Positions 37,993 through 49,287 of a stretch of DNA of 64,000 nucleotides are shown here, piece by piece. The DNA lies in the NCBI GenBank assembly GCA_965203295.1, contig CBDBCZ010000019.1, positions 320,001 through 384,000 on the forward strand, given 5' to 3'. The first letter of the stretch is position 1. Each line of letters starts with the position of its first letter. Origin of the DNA: Nitrospirales bacterium. GTDB taxonomy: Bacteria; Nitrospirota; Nitrospiria; Nitrospirales; UBA8639. A program made the translations under genes and the position numbers. Below the pieces are notes generated by a model. That model had not been told where the DNA came from. It saw nothing but the letters and a program-made list of their open reading frames with translations, and did not search any database.

Positions 37993-38625
37993 ATGAACAA
38001 ATTGAATGCAATTGTTTTCGTTTTCATTATGCTCAACTTCCTGATGGCTGGTGCAAGTTGGGCAGACTATCAGGCTGGGGAAAATGCCTACATCCGTGGC
38101 GATTACGAAATGGCCCTTCAGGAGTGGGGACCATTGGCAGCTAACGGAGATGCCGAGGCCCAAAATATGCTGGGATATATGTACCGTTACGGGCAGGGTG
38201 TGCCGCAGGATTACGCTCAAGCTCTTGAGTGGTATCGTCGGTCTGCAACGCAGGGAAATCCTACAGCCCAGAACAACCTCGGGGTTATGTACCGACACGG
38301 CTTAGGCGTACAGCAGGATTATCAGGAAGCGTTGCGGTGGTTTCGTCGTGCCGCTGATCAGGGAAATGGTGGGGCCCAGAACCACCTGGGATTAATGTAC
38401 TTCAGAGGCGAAGGTGTGCCGAAAGATTACATTTTCGCGTACATGTGGGCAACCCTTGCTGCTAAACAGGGATTGGAGCAGGCTACTCTAGGGCTAGAAA
38501 TGTTGGTGAAAGAAATGACCCCTGATCAAATTGCCGAGGCCAGACGATTGGCGAGAGAGTGGAGACCGAAGGAGGAGGTGAAAAATCATTGGGAAAGCTC
38601 CAAACCCTTGATGCGCGTGGCCTAA
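37993..38625 (+). CDS. Secreted Sel1-repeat protein
   Basis: Signal peptide and three AQNxLGxMY..GxGV..DY..A..W repeats. Confidence 0.92.
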   Translation: MNKLNAIVFVFIMLNFLMAGASWADYQAGENAYIRGDYEMALQEWGPLAANGDAEAQNMLGYMYRYGQGVPQDYAQALEWYRRSATQGNPTAQNNLGVMYRHGLGVQQDYQEALRWFRRAADQGNGGAQNHLGLMYFRGEGVPKDYIFAYMWATLAAKQGLEQATLGLEMLVKEMTPDQIAEARRLAREWRPKEEVKNHWESSKPLMRVA

Positions 38626-38694
38626 ACCAACTGGGAGCAGAGTTTCGAGTTTAAGAAGACAGTTTAAAATTTCAGGTTTAAAGTTCCGCTTCGC

Positions 38695-38886
38695 CGGGTT
38701 TCGCCCCGGCAGTCGAGGTCCTTTTGTTTCGGCAAAAGGACCCAAAACCATTCCCGCCCGGGCGCAGCCCTGCGGGTCTCCTTCGTCACAGCCCCGAATC
38801 ACATGGCTGCGGAACTCGCTCCGCTCAGACAGTCCTCACCGAATTGTCGGATTCGGCGCCGTGACTCAGCTACGCGCAAAGCGGAA
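38695..38886. repeat. ~190-bp structured interspersed repeat, copy A
   Basis: Highly similar to 46078-46270; GGTCCTTTTGT-TTCG-GCAAAAGGACC hairpin and AACTCGCTCCGCTCA motif. Confidence 0.88.
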
Positions 38887-38991
38887 AAAAGGTCAGTTTT
38901 TTAAACCTTTGGTGGGAATCCATTTTTCTTAATAATTCTGCTTGCCTGCTACCACTTATAATCCAAGTTTTCCAGCTAAACCGCAAAGAAA

Positions 38992-39744
38992 CTACCTCTC
39001 CGAACAGTTCTGTTCCGCAGTCGTCATATCTTCGATAATTTTTTGGGCGGCCTCCTTCCGATTGGAAGCATACCGGATTGGACGTCCAACCACTAAATAG
39101 TCAGCGCCTGCCTGAATAGCCTCTCCTGGAGTTAGAAAACGCTTGTGTTCATCCGTTGAAGAACCTGGGGGACGAATGCCTGGGCTTACGATGAGCGCGT
39201 TCGAAAATTGCTTCCGAAGTTTTCCCACATACGGTCCTGAGGCAATGAGACCATCACACCCGTTGGTCAACGCCTGGTCAGCACGCCAAAGGACAAAGTC
39301 ATCCAGAGTTTCAAAACGTGAAGGCCCTGTGCTCGTGGGGCCAATGAGTCTAAGATCCCGTAATTCTTCCTCATCAAGACTCGAAAGAATAGGAACAAAC
39401 AGAAGCTGAGTTGGCAGATCTCCTTTTCCCTTGGCTGCCGATCTAGCCGTGACGCCATTCCCTTGGATAGTCAGGAAGTCTATTCCCTGAAGGGCGGCAG
39501 CGTTCACTGCACGACGAATAGTTTCGTCTACATCATTCATTTTTAAGTCTAGGAAAATCCGACAGCTGCGGTCTTTGATTTGCCTGAAGAAGCCCGAGTC
39601 GACTGATAGTGACAGTTCGAGCCCTACCTTGAAAAACGTCACCACCCCATCCAAATCATCAATGCATTTGATGGCTTCCTGAGGAGAGGGCACATCCAGA
39701 GCAAAGATGAGCCGTTCTGCGGGAGATGATACGATGCGATTCAT
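38992..39744 (-). CDS. pyrF: Orotidine-5'-phosphate decarboxylase
   Basis: IFALD, KVG, FLDLKMND, SPGIRP and LVVGRPI motifs. Confidence 0.9.
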   Translation of the reverse strand: MNRIVSSPAERLIFALDVPSPQEAIKCIDDLDGVVTFFKVGLELSLSVDSGFFRQIKDRSCRIFLDLKMNDVDETIRRAVNAAALQGIDFLTIQGNGVTARSAAKGKGDLPTQLLFVPILSSLDEEELRDLRLIGPTSTGPSRFETLDDFVLWRADQALTNGCDGLIASGPYVGKLRKQFSNALIVSPGIRPPGSSTDEHKRFLTPGEAIQAGADYLVVGRPIRYASNRKEAAQKIIEDMTTAEQNCSER

Positions 39745-39873
39745 GGGTTACAAGAAAAGAGGAGGCGAAAATTCAAACAAAATGAGAGATGAAATATACC
39801 ATGAGTCTACATGAAATTCGAATGAACGGGTAGAAAGGGTGGAATATTCTGAATTAGCAGTCAATCGAAAACA

Positions 39874-41387
39874 TCATTGGTGAACCTGCGACAGCGCCTT
39901 TTCCGCCCCAGATTGCGACAAGGTCTTTTGAGGCCTACCAGCCAAGGCCTGAGCAAAGTGATGGTGTACCAGCTCGGGTTACCCCAATTCGAGGAGCACT
40001 TCACCCAAGAGCTCGTGAGAGGGCTTGATCGGAAATGGTGGGCCTACGCATAAGGCATACGGTCTTCGATGTGCGTTCCTGCCTTGAATTCCTCGAGAGC
40101 CTTCTGGGTTTTTCCTTGTGCCAACAGGATAAGTCCTTGTAATTCCTTTTCCATCACATGGCCTGCTTGTACTTGCCTGGGAGACAGACTGTTTTCCGAA
40201 GACTCCACAAGGGTTGTGAGTGTCTCCAGAGCTTCTTTTGCAAGGTCTATGTGATTGGTCTTTACGGCGCTCATCCCATTCGCGAACAGACTGCTTGTGG
40301 CTGCAGAAAATCTCAACGACTTTCTTGTACTCTCCGGTGTGTTAGTCTTCCATTCTTGAGTTTCAACGATGTACGTGGCTTGCATTGAGGCCAAATAGCC
40401 TCTGGTGGTCCGAGAATTGGTCTCTGCTGCGTCTTGCTCGACCAGGCGCACCAAGTCTTTGGCCTTTTGAAAGCGTCCAAGCTGAAGATAGGCGTATTCG
40501 AGCCAATAAAGACTGTGGTAATCACGGTGGCCCACAGAAAGCCCCTTTCGCCTGATGCTCTCTTCACTGGCTGCCCAGGAGGCCTCGTTGGCTTTCACGA
40601 CTTCTTCCAACATTCCCAAGGCCATGAAAATATGGGAAGGCATATGTTGAGCATGGGATGCTGCGGAAGCAATGGAGGCATAGACTCTGGCTGGACGAAG
40701 GCTCCAAAGGAGCATGGATAGGATCGTCATATGAATGGATCAGATAATGCACTGCACCGGGGTGGGAGGGATTTTTTTGAAGCACCGCTTCTGCAACACT
40801 GGCGGCTTTCATATACACTCGAAAATCCCGTTCACCCTGAACGGATCCTAAAATGGACAAAGCGTAAAACGCTGCAGCTTCTAGGTCCTCCGGATACTTT
40901 GGGCTAGTTCACCCATCGCCTGAGAATATGCGAGGTCTCTCGCTTCTTTGGTCCCATCACCGTAGAGAATGTCGACGGCCTGTAAGTATCGCTTTTCTCG
41001 GTCTGTCTGGGACTTGGCTTGTCTTGCTTCGGGAGTAGGGCCTAGGCGACTCAGAATATGAAGGGCTTCTTGACGATCTTACTCCTGCCAAAGGGGATGG
41101 TTTTCAGTCATCGCTTCGCCCCAGTACGCCATGGCAAATTCAGGGTCACGTTTCTGGGCTTCGAGAAATGATTCCTTGGCTTCGTCGTATTGAAAATTGT
41201 GTAACAAGAGAACTCCCTGAAGGAATTCCTCCTGAGCTTCTGGGTTTCCCGAAGTCGGGAAGTGAATGACTCCTAAGTCCCCCTTGGGTGATGAGTGGTG
41301 AGAGGATTCGTGGGAAAGAGCGAAGTCTGAAATCCCAAACACAAATAATCCCAGGAAAACGAACATAACGATAGCTTTCATGAACAT
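39874..41387 (-). pseudogene. Secreted TPR-like protein, multiply disrupted
   Basis: GVLLLHNFQY...DPEFAMAYWGEAM, HPGAVHYLIHSYD, HAQHMPSHIF, GPPFPIKPSHEL; in-frame stops at 41079, 40044 and 39979 plus two frameshifts. Confidence 0.85.
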
Positions 41388-41665
41388 CGATCTTTGGAAA
41401 TGTGTGGTAGTGGCGAACTCGCTCAATGAGGGAACCTTTCCAAAGGATAAATTATAGAAGGGGTTTCGGTCTCATTCAATCACATAGATACGAATGTATG
41501 TGCTATTCTTTGATATCAGTCTATATACAAGAAAGGATGCCGTGTCATCTTCATTGTCAGAAATAGGCTATTTCGATCTAAGGCAGAGTCCGACCTGCTG
41601 AGAGGTCTTTTCCTTGCAGTGATGGAATGTTTCTCCCATGTCAGTCAAAGGAAGGAGAGTTATTT

Positions 41666-42445
41666 ATGAGAAAAACAATATTCTTGTTTGTCTGTGTTTT
41701 CCTTATCCCTGTCGCAGGTCATTCAGCAGTTCAAACAACGGCCATCCCTTACACCCATGATGGGGTTCAACTTGAAGGGTACCTGGCTTGGGATGATGCC
41801 ATCAAAGGAAAACGACCTGGTGTTCTGATTGTTCATGAATGGTGGGATTTGAACGACTATGCTCGGAATAGGGCAGAACAACTCGCCCAAATGGGATATG
41901 TTGCCTTTGCCGTCGATATGTATGGAAAGGGTTCGGTGACCACGCATCCGGACCAGGCTGGCACATGGATGCGCGAGATTCAATCCAATGTGAAAACGTG
42001 GCAACAACGCGCGATTGAGGGATTGCGTATACTCCAAAAGCAAGAACTGGTAGACACGAGTCGGCTAGCCGCAATTGGGTATTGCTTTGGCGGAGCGACG
42101 GTCATGCAATTGGTCTATAGTGGAATCGACATTCAAGGCGTCGTGAGTTTTCACGGCTCGCTTCCTCTACCACGCATGCAGCGAGTGCCCCAACCCAAGA
42201 CCAAAATTTTGATTGCCCATGGCAATGCCGATCCCTTCCTATCTGAAAATCATGTCAAAAAATTCCGGTCTGCCTTGGACAAAGCAGGGTTCGATTGGCA
42301 AATGGTGATCTATGCAGGTGCTCGACACAGTTTCACGAATCCCCACGCAGGTACGTTTGGAATGGATGCCTTGAAGTATGACAAGAATGCGGACCAACGG
42401 TCTTGGAAACAGATGCAAGTCTTTTTTGACGAGATTTTTCAATAG
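41666..42445 (+). CDS. Dienelactone hydrolase family protein
   Basis: HEWW, GYCFGG and HSF motifs; signal peptide. Confidence 0.92.
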   Translation: MRKTIFLFVCVFLIPVAGHSAVQTTAIPYTHDGVQLEGYLAWDDAIKGKRPGVLIVHEWWDLNDYARNRAEQLAQMGYVAFAVDMYGKGSVTTHPDQAGTWMREIQSNVKTWQQRAIEGLRILQKQELVDTSRLAAIGYCFGGATVMQLVYSGIDIQGVVSFHGSLPLPRMQRVPQPKTKILIAHGNADPFLSENHVKKFRSALDKAGFDWQMVIYAGARHSFTNPHAGTFGMDALKYDKNADQRSWKQMQVFFDEIFQ

Positions 42446-42573
42446 TTCCTTCCATGGGTTATTGCTGCTTGACTCAGAGTTGTGTTCTGGTTTTGGTTCT
42501 GATTCCGAAGCGGCAACCGAGTAGAATAAAAAGAACCGTTCATACTCCCTAACTGCGAGACCAACAAGAAGCA

Positions 42574-43827
42574 ATGGATCTATTCGATATTCTTGCAGTC
42601 TTAATCACGTTGACTGCAGGGTTCAGTTATCTGAATCATCGGTTGATCGGTCTTCCCGTCACCATAGGCGTGATGCTGATTGCTCTGATCCTTTCCCTGT
42701 TCCTTCATCTCCTCAACTTCTTGGGTTTCAACCTCGTTCAGGATGCACAGTCCTGGCTTCAGACGATTGATTTCAACAAGACCCTTCTTCATGGAATGCT
42801 CAGTTTGCTGCTGTTCGCTGGAGCCTTGCATATCAACCTTAATGATTTGGTGGAGCAGAAATGGCCCATTGGATCCATGGCACTAGTAGGAACTCTGTTG
42901 TCGACGTTTCTCATTGGTACCGTGACCTGGTGGATAACAGGTTGGATCGGATCGGATATCCCATTTCTGTATTGCTTAGTCTTTGGAGCTCTCATATCTC
43001 CCACGGATCCGATCGCTGTTCTGGGTATTTTAAAAAATGCCGGAGCCCCTAAAGACCTCGAGATAAAAATTGCTGGGGAGTCGTTGTTTAATGATGGAGT
43101 TGGAGTCGTCGTGTTTCTTGCGCTCTTGGAAATTGCGACAGGAAGTCATGAACCAAGTGCCAAACACATTGGGCTTTTATTCTTGAAGGAGGCGATAGGC
43201 GGGGCTTTATTTGGATTAGGCATTGGGTATTGTGCCTATTATCTCCTGAAAAGCATCAACCAATATCAAGTAGAAGTCTTGGTGACCTTGGCCTTAGTTA
43301 TCGGAGGATATGCTCTGGCTGATGCCCTGCATCTTTCAGGTCCCATCGCCATCGTCATGGCTGGTCTGTTAATGGGGAATCAGGGTCGGTTGTTTGCCAT
43401 GTCTGATGAAACTCGTGAGCACTTGGATGTGTTTTGGGAACTGATGGACGAAATTTTAAATGCCGTGTTGTTTGTGCTAATCGGATTAGAGGTGCTCATC
43501 CTGACCTTTGGTTCTCACTATTTGATTGCAGGATTGGTTTTTATTCCTGTGGTTTTGATGTCTCGTTTGATCGCCATTGGAATCCCTCTTGCTTTGCTGA
43601 ACCGATTCACTCCTGCTTTACCAGGAACCTTGTGGGTGTTAACCTGGGGTGGACTCCGGGGAGGGATTTCCGTCGCCCTCGCTCTTTCCCTTCCTCCTGG
43701 TCCCAATCGGGATTTAATTGTTGCGGTGACGTATATCGTGGTGGTTTTCTCCATTTTGGTCCAGGGCCTCACGATTGAAACGGTGGTCAGGCGAGTTATG
43801 GGGCGGACACCACTTCAAGCACCGTAA
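42574..43827 (+). CDS. CPA1/NhaP-type Na+/H+ antiporter
   Basis: SPTDPIAV, GESLFNDG and GGLRG motifs. Confidence 0.93.
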   Translation: MDLFDILAVLITLTAGFSYLNHRLIGLPVTIGVMLIALILSLFLHLLNFLGFNLVQDAQSWLQTIDFNKTLLHGMLSLLLFAGALHINLNDLVEQKWPIGSMALVGTLLSTFLIGTVTWWITGWIGSDIPFLYCLVFGALISPTDPIAVLGILKNAGAPKDLEIKIAGESLFNDGVGVVVFLALLEIATGSHEPSAKHIGLLFLKEAIGGALFGLGIGYCAYYLLKSINQYQVEVLVTLALVIGGYALADALHLSGPIAIVMAGLLMGNQGRLFAMSDETREHLDVFWELMDEILNAVLFVLIGLEVLILTFGSHYLIAGLVFIPVVLMSRLIAIGIPLALLNRFTPALPGTLWVLTWGGLRGGISVALALSLPPGPNRDLIVAVTYIVVVFSILVQGLTIETVVRRVMGRTPLQAP

Positions 43828-43990
43828 CGATTTCTCCTATTTTTCTCAGACAAGTTATGACAAGAATCTATCTGGCATCACAGATAGCGAACAATGAATT
43901 TATCTTCTCAAACCACAGAGTTGAATTCAGGGTGTATAATAAACTATATGGCATTTCAGAAAGGAGGAATTTGTTAACGGATGAGAGGTC

Positions 43991-44395
43991 ATGGGTAAGC
44001 AGCGAAACATTTGTCGTAGAAGCGCTTTAAAGGGCTGGATCACAGGGAGTCTGTCCTTTTTCATCATGATATCGGCAGCAGTGGCGATGCCCGCCCATTC
44101 CCCATTTCGCATTCAAATTGAGACCTGGTCCCCGTACTTTCTTCCAGCTACTGCAGAAGTGAAAGTTGGGAGGTTGGTTCAGTGGGTAAACCCGACTGCA
44201 ACCCATCACACCATTACCCATGATGGGTGTAAGCAAAACGGCCAATGTGCCTTTGACTCCGGATCCATTCCCCCCAATGAAGTATTTGAAATCCCCGACC
44301 TTGCCCCAGGCTGTTATTCTTATCATTGTGTCCTTCATCCCATCATGCGCGGAGTGCTTGTTGTCACGCATTCGCAGGGGTCCTCTGATATTTAA
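43991..44395 (+). CDS. Cupredoxin (plastocyanin/azurin-like) protein
   Basis: HTIT...YHCVLHPIMRG type-1 copper ligands. Confidence 0.85.
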   Translation: MGKQRNICRRSALKGWITGSLSFFIMISAAVAMPAHSPFRIQIETWSPYFLPATAEVKVGRLVQWVNPTATHHTITHDGCKQNGQCAFDSGSIPPNEVFEIPDLAPGCYSYHCVLHPIMRGVLVVTHSQGSSDI

Positions 44396-44637
44396 GGGGC
44401 TGTTGAAAAAGGCCGCCAGCGGCGTTCTCGACCTTCGGGCTCACAAGCTTGGCGCTCTTCGCGCCGTTCGCACTCGGAGTCCTCAACGTACTCACTTGTA
44501 CGCTTCATCCTCCTCGCTGTCTGCGGCCTTGCTGGAGCTGGCTCCGCCGAGCCTCCTTCGCCGAACTTGCTACGGAGGCTGAAAACGGAGGCTGAAAGCG
44601 GCTACGCGCAGGCGAGCCCCATTTTTGAACAGCCCCT
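44395..44637. mobile_element. MITE-like element with 16-bp TIRs
   Basis: AGGGGCTGTTGAAAAA ... TTTTTGAACAGCCCCT (1 mismatch); no transposase. Confidence 0.78.
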
Positions 44638-44939
44638 GCTCTTTCTGTCGCTTTAGGGTTTATGTCAGAGCAGATTGCTATCGAGAAATTGTTGAATTAT
44701 TCAACACCTTCTTTAAAGATTTCTTGGGATAACTTGTTGTTGAGCAGACCCTACCTTCGATTGCCTTTTTATCCTTAAAAAGATCACAAAGTTTTACTTT
44801 CTTTCTATCAATATGACAATGTGAAGGATACCCTCCATTGACTCTTATAAAAACATGGTTATAAATCATAAGATTTTTCCCACAAACAGATGGCGAATTT
44901 CGTCGCCAGGGGAAAATGATTGTCAGGAGAGGAGAATCC

Positions 44940-45896
44940 ATGGGTGCCATGGTTGAAATTGAGCAGTTGAGTAAAGTGTTTAGGTCCATTGTGGCTGTGG
45001 ATAAAGTGTCCTTTAGCGTTCATCAGGGGGAAGTCCTGGGATTCTTAGGGCCAAATGGGGCTGGAAAATCAACAACCATGAAGATGATCACGGGGTTCCT
45101 CACACCCACGAAAGGCACGGTGAAAGTCAATGGGCATGATATTGAAGGACAACCATTGAAGGCCAAACGGGACATTGGATATCTGCCTGAAGGTGCCCCA
45201 GCCTATCAAGATATGACGCCATTAAGCTTTTTGTCCTTTGTCGGTGAAATTCGAGGGTTCCATGGAGAAGATCTCGAGCGTCGAGTGTCCGACACCATTA
45301 AAAAAATGAATCTTGAAAGTGTGCTCGGGCAGCCAATTGAAACTCTGTCTAAGGGATTTAAGCGACGAGTGGGATTAGCACAGGCTATTTTACATGACCC
45401 ATCGGTCCTTGTTCTCGATGAACCCACTGATGGGTTAGATTCAAACCAAAAGCATGAAGTCCGGTCGCTGATTAAGGCCATGGCCAAAGAAAAAGCGATC
45501 ATTCTGTCGACCCATATTTTGGAAGAAGTTCATGCGGTGTGTACAAGGGCCATGATCATTGCCAGCGGAAAGATGATTACTGATGGGACTCCCGAAGAAC
45601 TGGAAGAAAGGTCACGATTCCACAACGCCGTGACCGTCACGGCCAAGGAAGTGACTGCGCCTGGGATGAAACAGGCTATTCAAGCATTACCCGGTGTGAA
45701 ATCTATCGAGGAGATGAGAGAAATTGATGGCATGCTGATGCTCCGGGCTTTTCCTCACAATGGACAATCTATTCTTGCCGAAATCAGCCAATGTGCACGG
45801 GATCGGCAGTGGGAAATCTCCGAGATGCATGTAGACCGTGGTCAATTGGATGAAGTCTTTCGTTCTTTAACGACGCCTACACAGGCGTTGACATAG
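44940..45896 (+). CDS. ABC transporter ATP-binding protein (GldA-like)
   Basis: GPNGAGKST, LSKG, VLDEPT and H-loop. Confidence 0.92.
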   Translation: MGAMVEIEQLSKVFRSIVAVDKVSFSVHQGEVLGFLGPNGAGKSTTMKMITGFLTPTKGTVKVNGHDIEGQPLKAKRDIGYLPEGAPAYQDMTPLSFLSFVGEIRGFHGEDLERRVSDTIKKMNLESVLGQPIETLSKGFKRRVGLAQAILHDPSVLVLDEPTDGLDSNQKHEVRSLIKAMAKEKAIILSTHILEEVHAVCTRAMIIASGKMITDGTPEELEERSRFHNAVTVTAKEVTAPGMKQAIQALPGVKSIEEMREIDGMLMLRAFPHNGQSILAEISQCARDRQWEISEMHVDRGQLDEVFRSLTTPTQALT

Positions 45897-46077
45897 ATAA
45901 CGGGCTCGAGTTTTAAACACTTGGGGCTCTAGACCTAAGACTCTTGCAAGAAAGTATAAAAGCTTGAATTTCCATTAACAGACGTTGTTAGATCAAATTG
46001 AGACCTCTCAAGATATGGTCATGCCTACAGTTGTCGATGGACATCCAGGATGTTTGGTTCAATCGTTTTTATTTGAG

Positions 46078-46270
46078 CGGGGTTTCGGCCACGCACGCCG
46101 AGGTCCTTTTGTTTCGGCAAAAGGACCCCAAACCATTCCCGCTCGCGCATGGCCCTGCGGGTCTCCTTCGTCCCAGCCCCGAATCACATGGCTGCGGAAC
46201 TCGCTCCGCTCAAACAGTCCTCGCCGAAAAGTCGATTCGGCACTGAGACTCAGCCACGCGCAAAGCGGAA
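46078..46270. repeat. ~190-bp structured interspersed repeat, copy B, within a REP-like mosaic
   Basis: See copy A; flanked by a ~50-bp imperfect direct repeat (~46039-46087 and ~46345-46393). Confidence 0.88.
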
Positions 46271-46514
46271 CACACAGATTCGAAAAAGGGGACACATTGT
46301 TTGAAACCGTAGACAATTTTCACCGTTATGCACGCGGCTTTAGCGGGCATCCAGGTTGTTTGGTTAAATCGTCTTTATTTGAGGGGAGTTTCGTCCCGGC
46401 AAAGGGGAACTGTGAACGAGAAACGTAGATCTTTAAACCTTAAAACCAAAACTCCTTTCACCAGATACTGGCTAAAAGATCAAATCCAATTCTTTTTAAA
46501 TAGAGGAAATCATA

Positions 46515-47248
46515 ATGGGGCGAACCCTAATCATTTTTAGGCGAGAATTGGTCGGGTACTTTGCTACGCCAATCGCTGCTGTTTTTATCGTCATTTTTCT
46601 GTTGTTGAGTGGGTCCTTTACGTTTTATCTCGGGAGTTTCTTTGAGCGCGGGCAAGCTGACCTTATCCCGTTTTTTACTTTTCATCCCTGGCTTTATTTA
46701 GTCTTAATTCCGGCTTTAGCGATGCGGTTGTGGGCGGAAGAACGTAGGGGGGGACCATCGAGCTCCTTTTTACACTTCCCATCACCCTGAGTGAAGCGGT
46801 ATTGGGTAAATTCTTAGCAGCATGGGCCTTTACCGCGATTGCCTTGGCCATGACGTTTCCCATATGGATGACGGTGAATATTCTCGGTGATCCTGATAAT
46901 GGGATCATTGGGGCTAGCTATCTAGGAAGCCTCATTATGGCAGGAGGGTTTCTGGCCATTGGTTCTTGCATTTCTGCTCTTACCAAAAACCAAGTTATTG
47001 CCTTTGTCGTCAGCGTGGTCGTGTGCTTGGCTTTTATTCTCAGCGGGTTTCCATTGGTTCTGGACTTTTTTACATCATGGGCTCCGCAATTTCTGATAAT
47101 CCTCATCAGCTCTTTCAGTTTTTTGACCCATTTTCAAGCGATCAGTAAAGGAGTCATCGATCTACGAGACGTCATTTATTTTTTATCGTTAATTGCGTTT
47201 TGGCTTTTTGCTACCGCGATCGTGCTGGAAATGAAAAAAGCTGAATAG
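46515..47248 (+). pseudogene. ABC-2 permease (GldF-like), frameshift in a G run at ~46746-46753
   Basis: MRLWAEERRG(G)TIELLFTLP is continuous across a 1-nt shift. Confidence 0.85.
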
Positions 47249-47299
47249 GCAGTGTGATGAATAGGACTCTAGACTGCCGCGAATGTGTTGGGCAAGGAC

Positions 47300-49243
47300 A
47301 TGATGAATAAGAACATTTTGACCGGTGCAGGATTAGTTCTCGCAGGGATTCTGTTTTTGGCCGTCAATGTATTCAGTAATGTGGCCCTCAAGTCTGCCCG
47401 TCTCGATCTGACCGAACAGGGTCTGTACACACTCTCGCAGGGGACTCAAAATATCCTGGAAGGTTTGGAGGAGCCCCTGACTCTTCGTTTCTACCTTTCA
47501 CAAAAATTAGTGACCGGTCTGCCAGGCATCAATAGTTACGCGATCCGAGTTCGAGAGATGCTTGAGGAATATGAAAAAACTTCAGGTGGAAGGCTTACGC
47601 TGAAAGTCATCGACCCAGAAACATTTTCAGAGGAAGAAGATCGGGCCGTTGGATATGGTCTCCAAAACGTTCCAGTCGGTAATGGCAACAATTTGTTTTA
47701 CTTCGGCTTAGCTGGAACGAGTTCGACGGATGAGTAAGAAATTATCCCATTTTTACAGCCAGATCGTGAGGAGTTTTTAGAATATGATTTAACCAAGCTG
47801 ATTCACCAACTGGCTCATCCCAAACAAAAGGTAGTCGGGTTGCTGACGACTTTACCATTGGAGGGCAGTCCCACCATGCCCTTTCTCCAGGGAGGAGGAG
47901 GAGACCCCTGGCTGATCCTTGATCATATCCGCCAGCTTCTCACGGTCCGCACCCTCGAGAAGGACGTCAAGGATATCCCAGAAGATGTCGATGTTCTCAT
48001 GATCGTTCATCCAAAAGATTTGAGTGATGAAACCTTACATGCCATTGACCAATATGTCCTCCGGGGTGGGCGAGCGTTGATATTCGTTGATCCTCATTCT
48101 GAAGCCGATCGTGGATCTCCAACTCCGGGGAATCCTATGGGAGGCGGAGGGTCCAAGAATTCGGATCTTGCAAAACTCTTTGAGCCCTGGGGCATTGAGA
48201 TGATCCCGAACAAAGTGGTGGGCGACCTCCCTTTGGCCAAAAAGGTGAATTTCAGAAAACAATCCCGAATGATGGTCGCGGATTATCCGGTGTGGATTGA
48301 CCTGGCTCCCGAACATATGGATCAGGATGATGTTGTCACGGCAAAATTACCAAACTTGACGATGGCAAGCGTGGGAGCTATTCGGAAAAAAGAAGAAGCC
48401 GCAACAGAGCTCGTTCCTCTCATCCAACCTGATGATCAGGCCATGTTGATTGACACGGTTCGACTTCAATTACTTCCGGATGTCGAAGGGCTCCTTCAGT
48501 CCTATCAGCCAGGAAATGAAACCTATACCCTCGCGGCGAGAATTACCGGCAATGTCAACACAGCATTTCCTGAGGGGAGACCACAGAAGGAGGAAGAACA
48601 ATCAAAGGATCAGCCGGAAGAACTAAAAAACGAACAAACTGGCAATGAGACCTCAACTCCCTCCCTGAAGGAATCCAAAGAAGCCATCAACATTATTGTG
48701 GTGGCTGATACGGATCTCCTACAGGACCAATTTTAGGTGCAGGTGCAATCCTTTCTGGGCCAACGGATTGGAATCCCTAGTGCTGCTAACGGAATCTTCG
48801 TGACCAATGCCCTTGATAACCTAACGGGAAGCAATGATCTGATCAGTGTCAGAAACCGTGGGAGCTTTACTCGTCCCTTTACGTTAGTCAAAGCCCTCCA
48901 ACAAGATGCGGAGTTACAATTTAGACAAAAGGAGCAACTCCTACAAGCGCGGTTGCAATCAACCGAGCAAAAGATCAAAGACTTGCAGAGTCAGAAAAAA
49001 GATGAGAGCACCCTTATCCTGAGCGAAGCGCAGCAGGATGAAATCGATCGCTTCCGGCAAGAGCTTCTGTCCACTCGGAAGGAATTACGGAGCGTTCGCC
49101 ATGAGTTACAAAAAAATATTGAGGGACTCGAAGGAATCGTGAAATTTTTTAATATCGGCTTTATTCCTCTCCTGATTGGAGTCGGAGGGGTTTTCATGAG
49201 TGTGTACCGTTTCCGTCAGCGCCAAGGGTCAAGAAAGGCTTAA
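47300..49243 (+). pseudogene. GldG-like ABC auxiliary protein with in-frame stops at 47735 (TAA) and 48734 (TAG)
   Basis: RLDLTEQGLYTLS...EYDL...VVADTDLLQDQF*VQ; three ORFs in one frame. Confidence 0.88.
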
Positions 49244-49287
49244 CTCCTGCCTATAGCATTTCCATATCAAGACTCGTCAAACTATCC

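Noticed and set aside
45985..46540. ORFs over repeat copy B (and 38494-38802 over copy A, 44220-44582 over the MITE)
   Set aside because: Open frames through non-coding repeats, with no protein features
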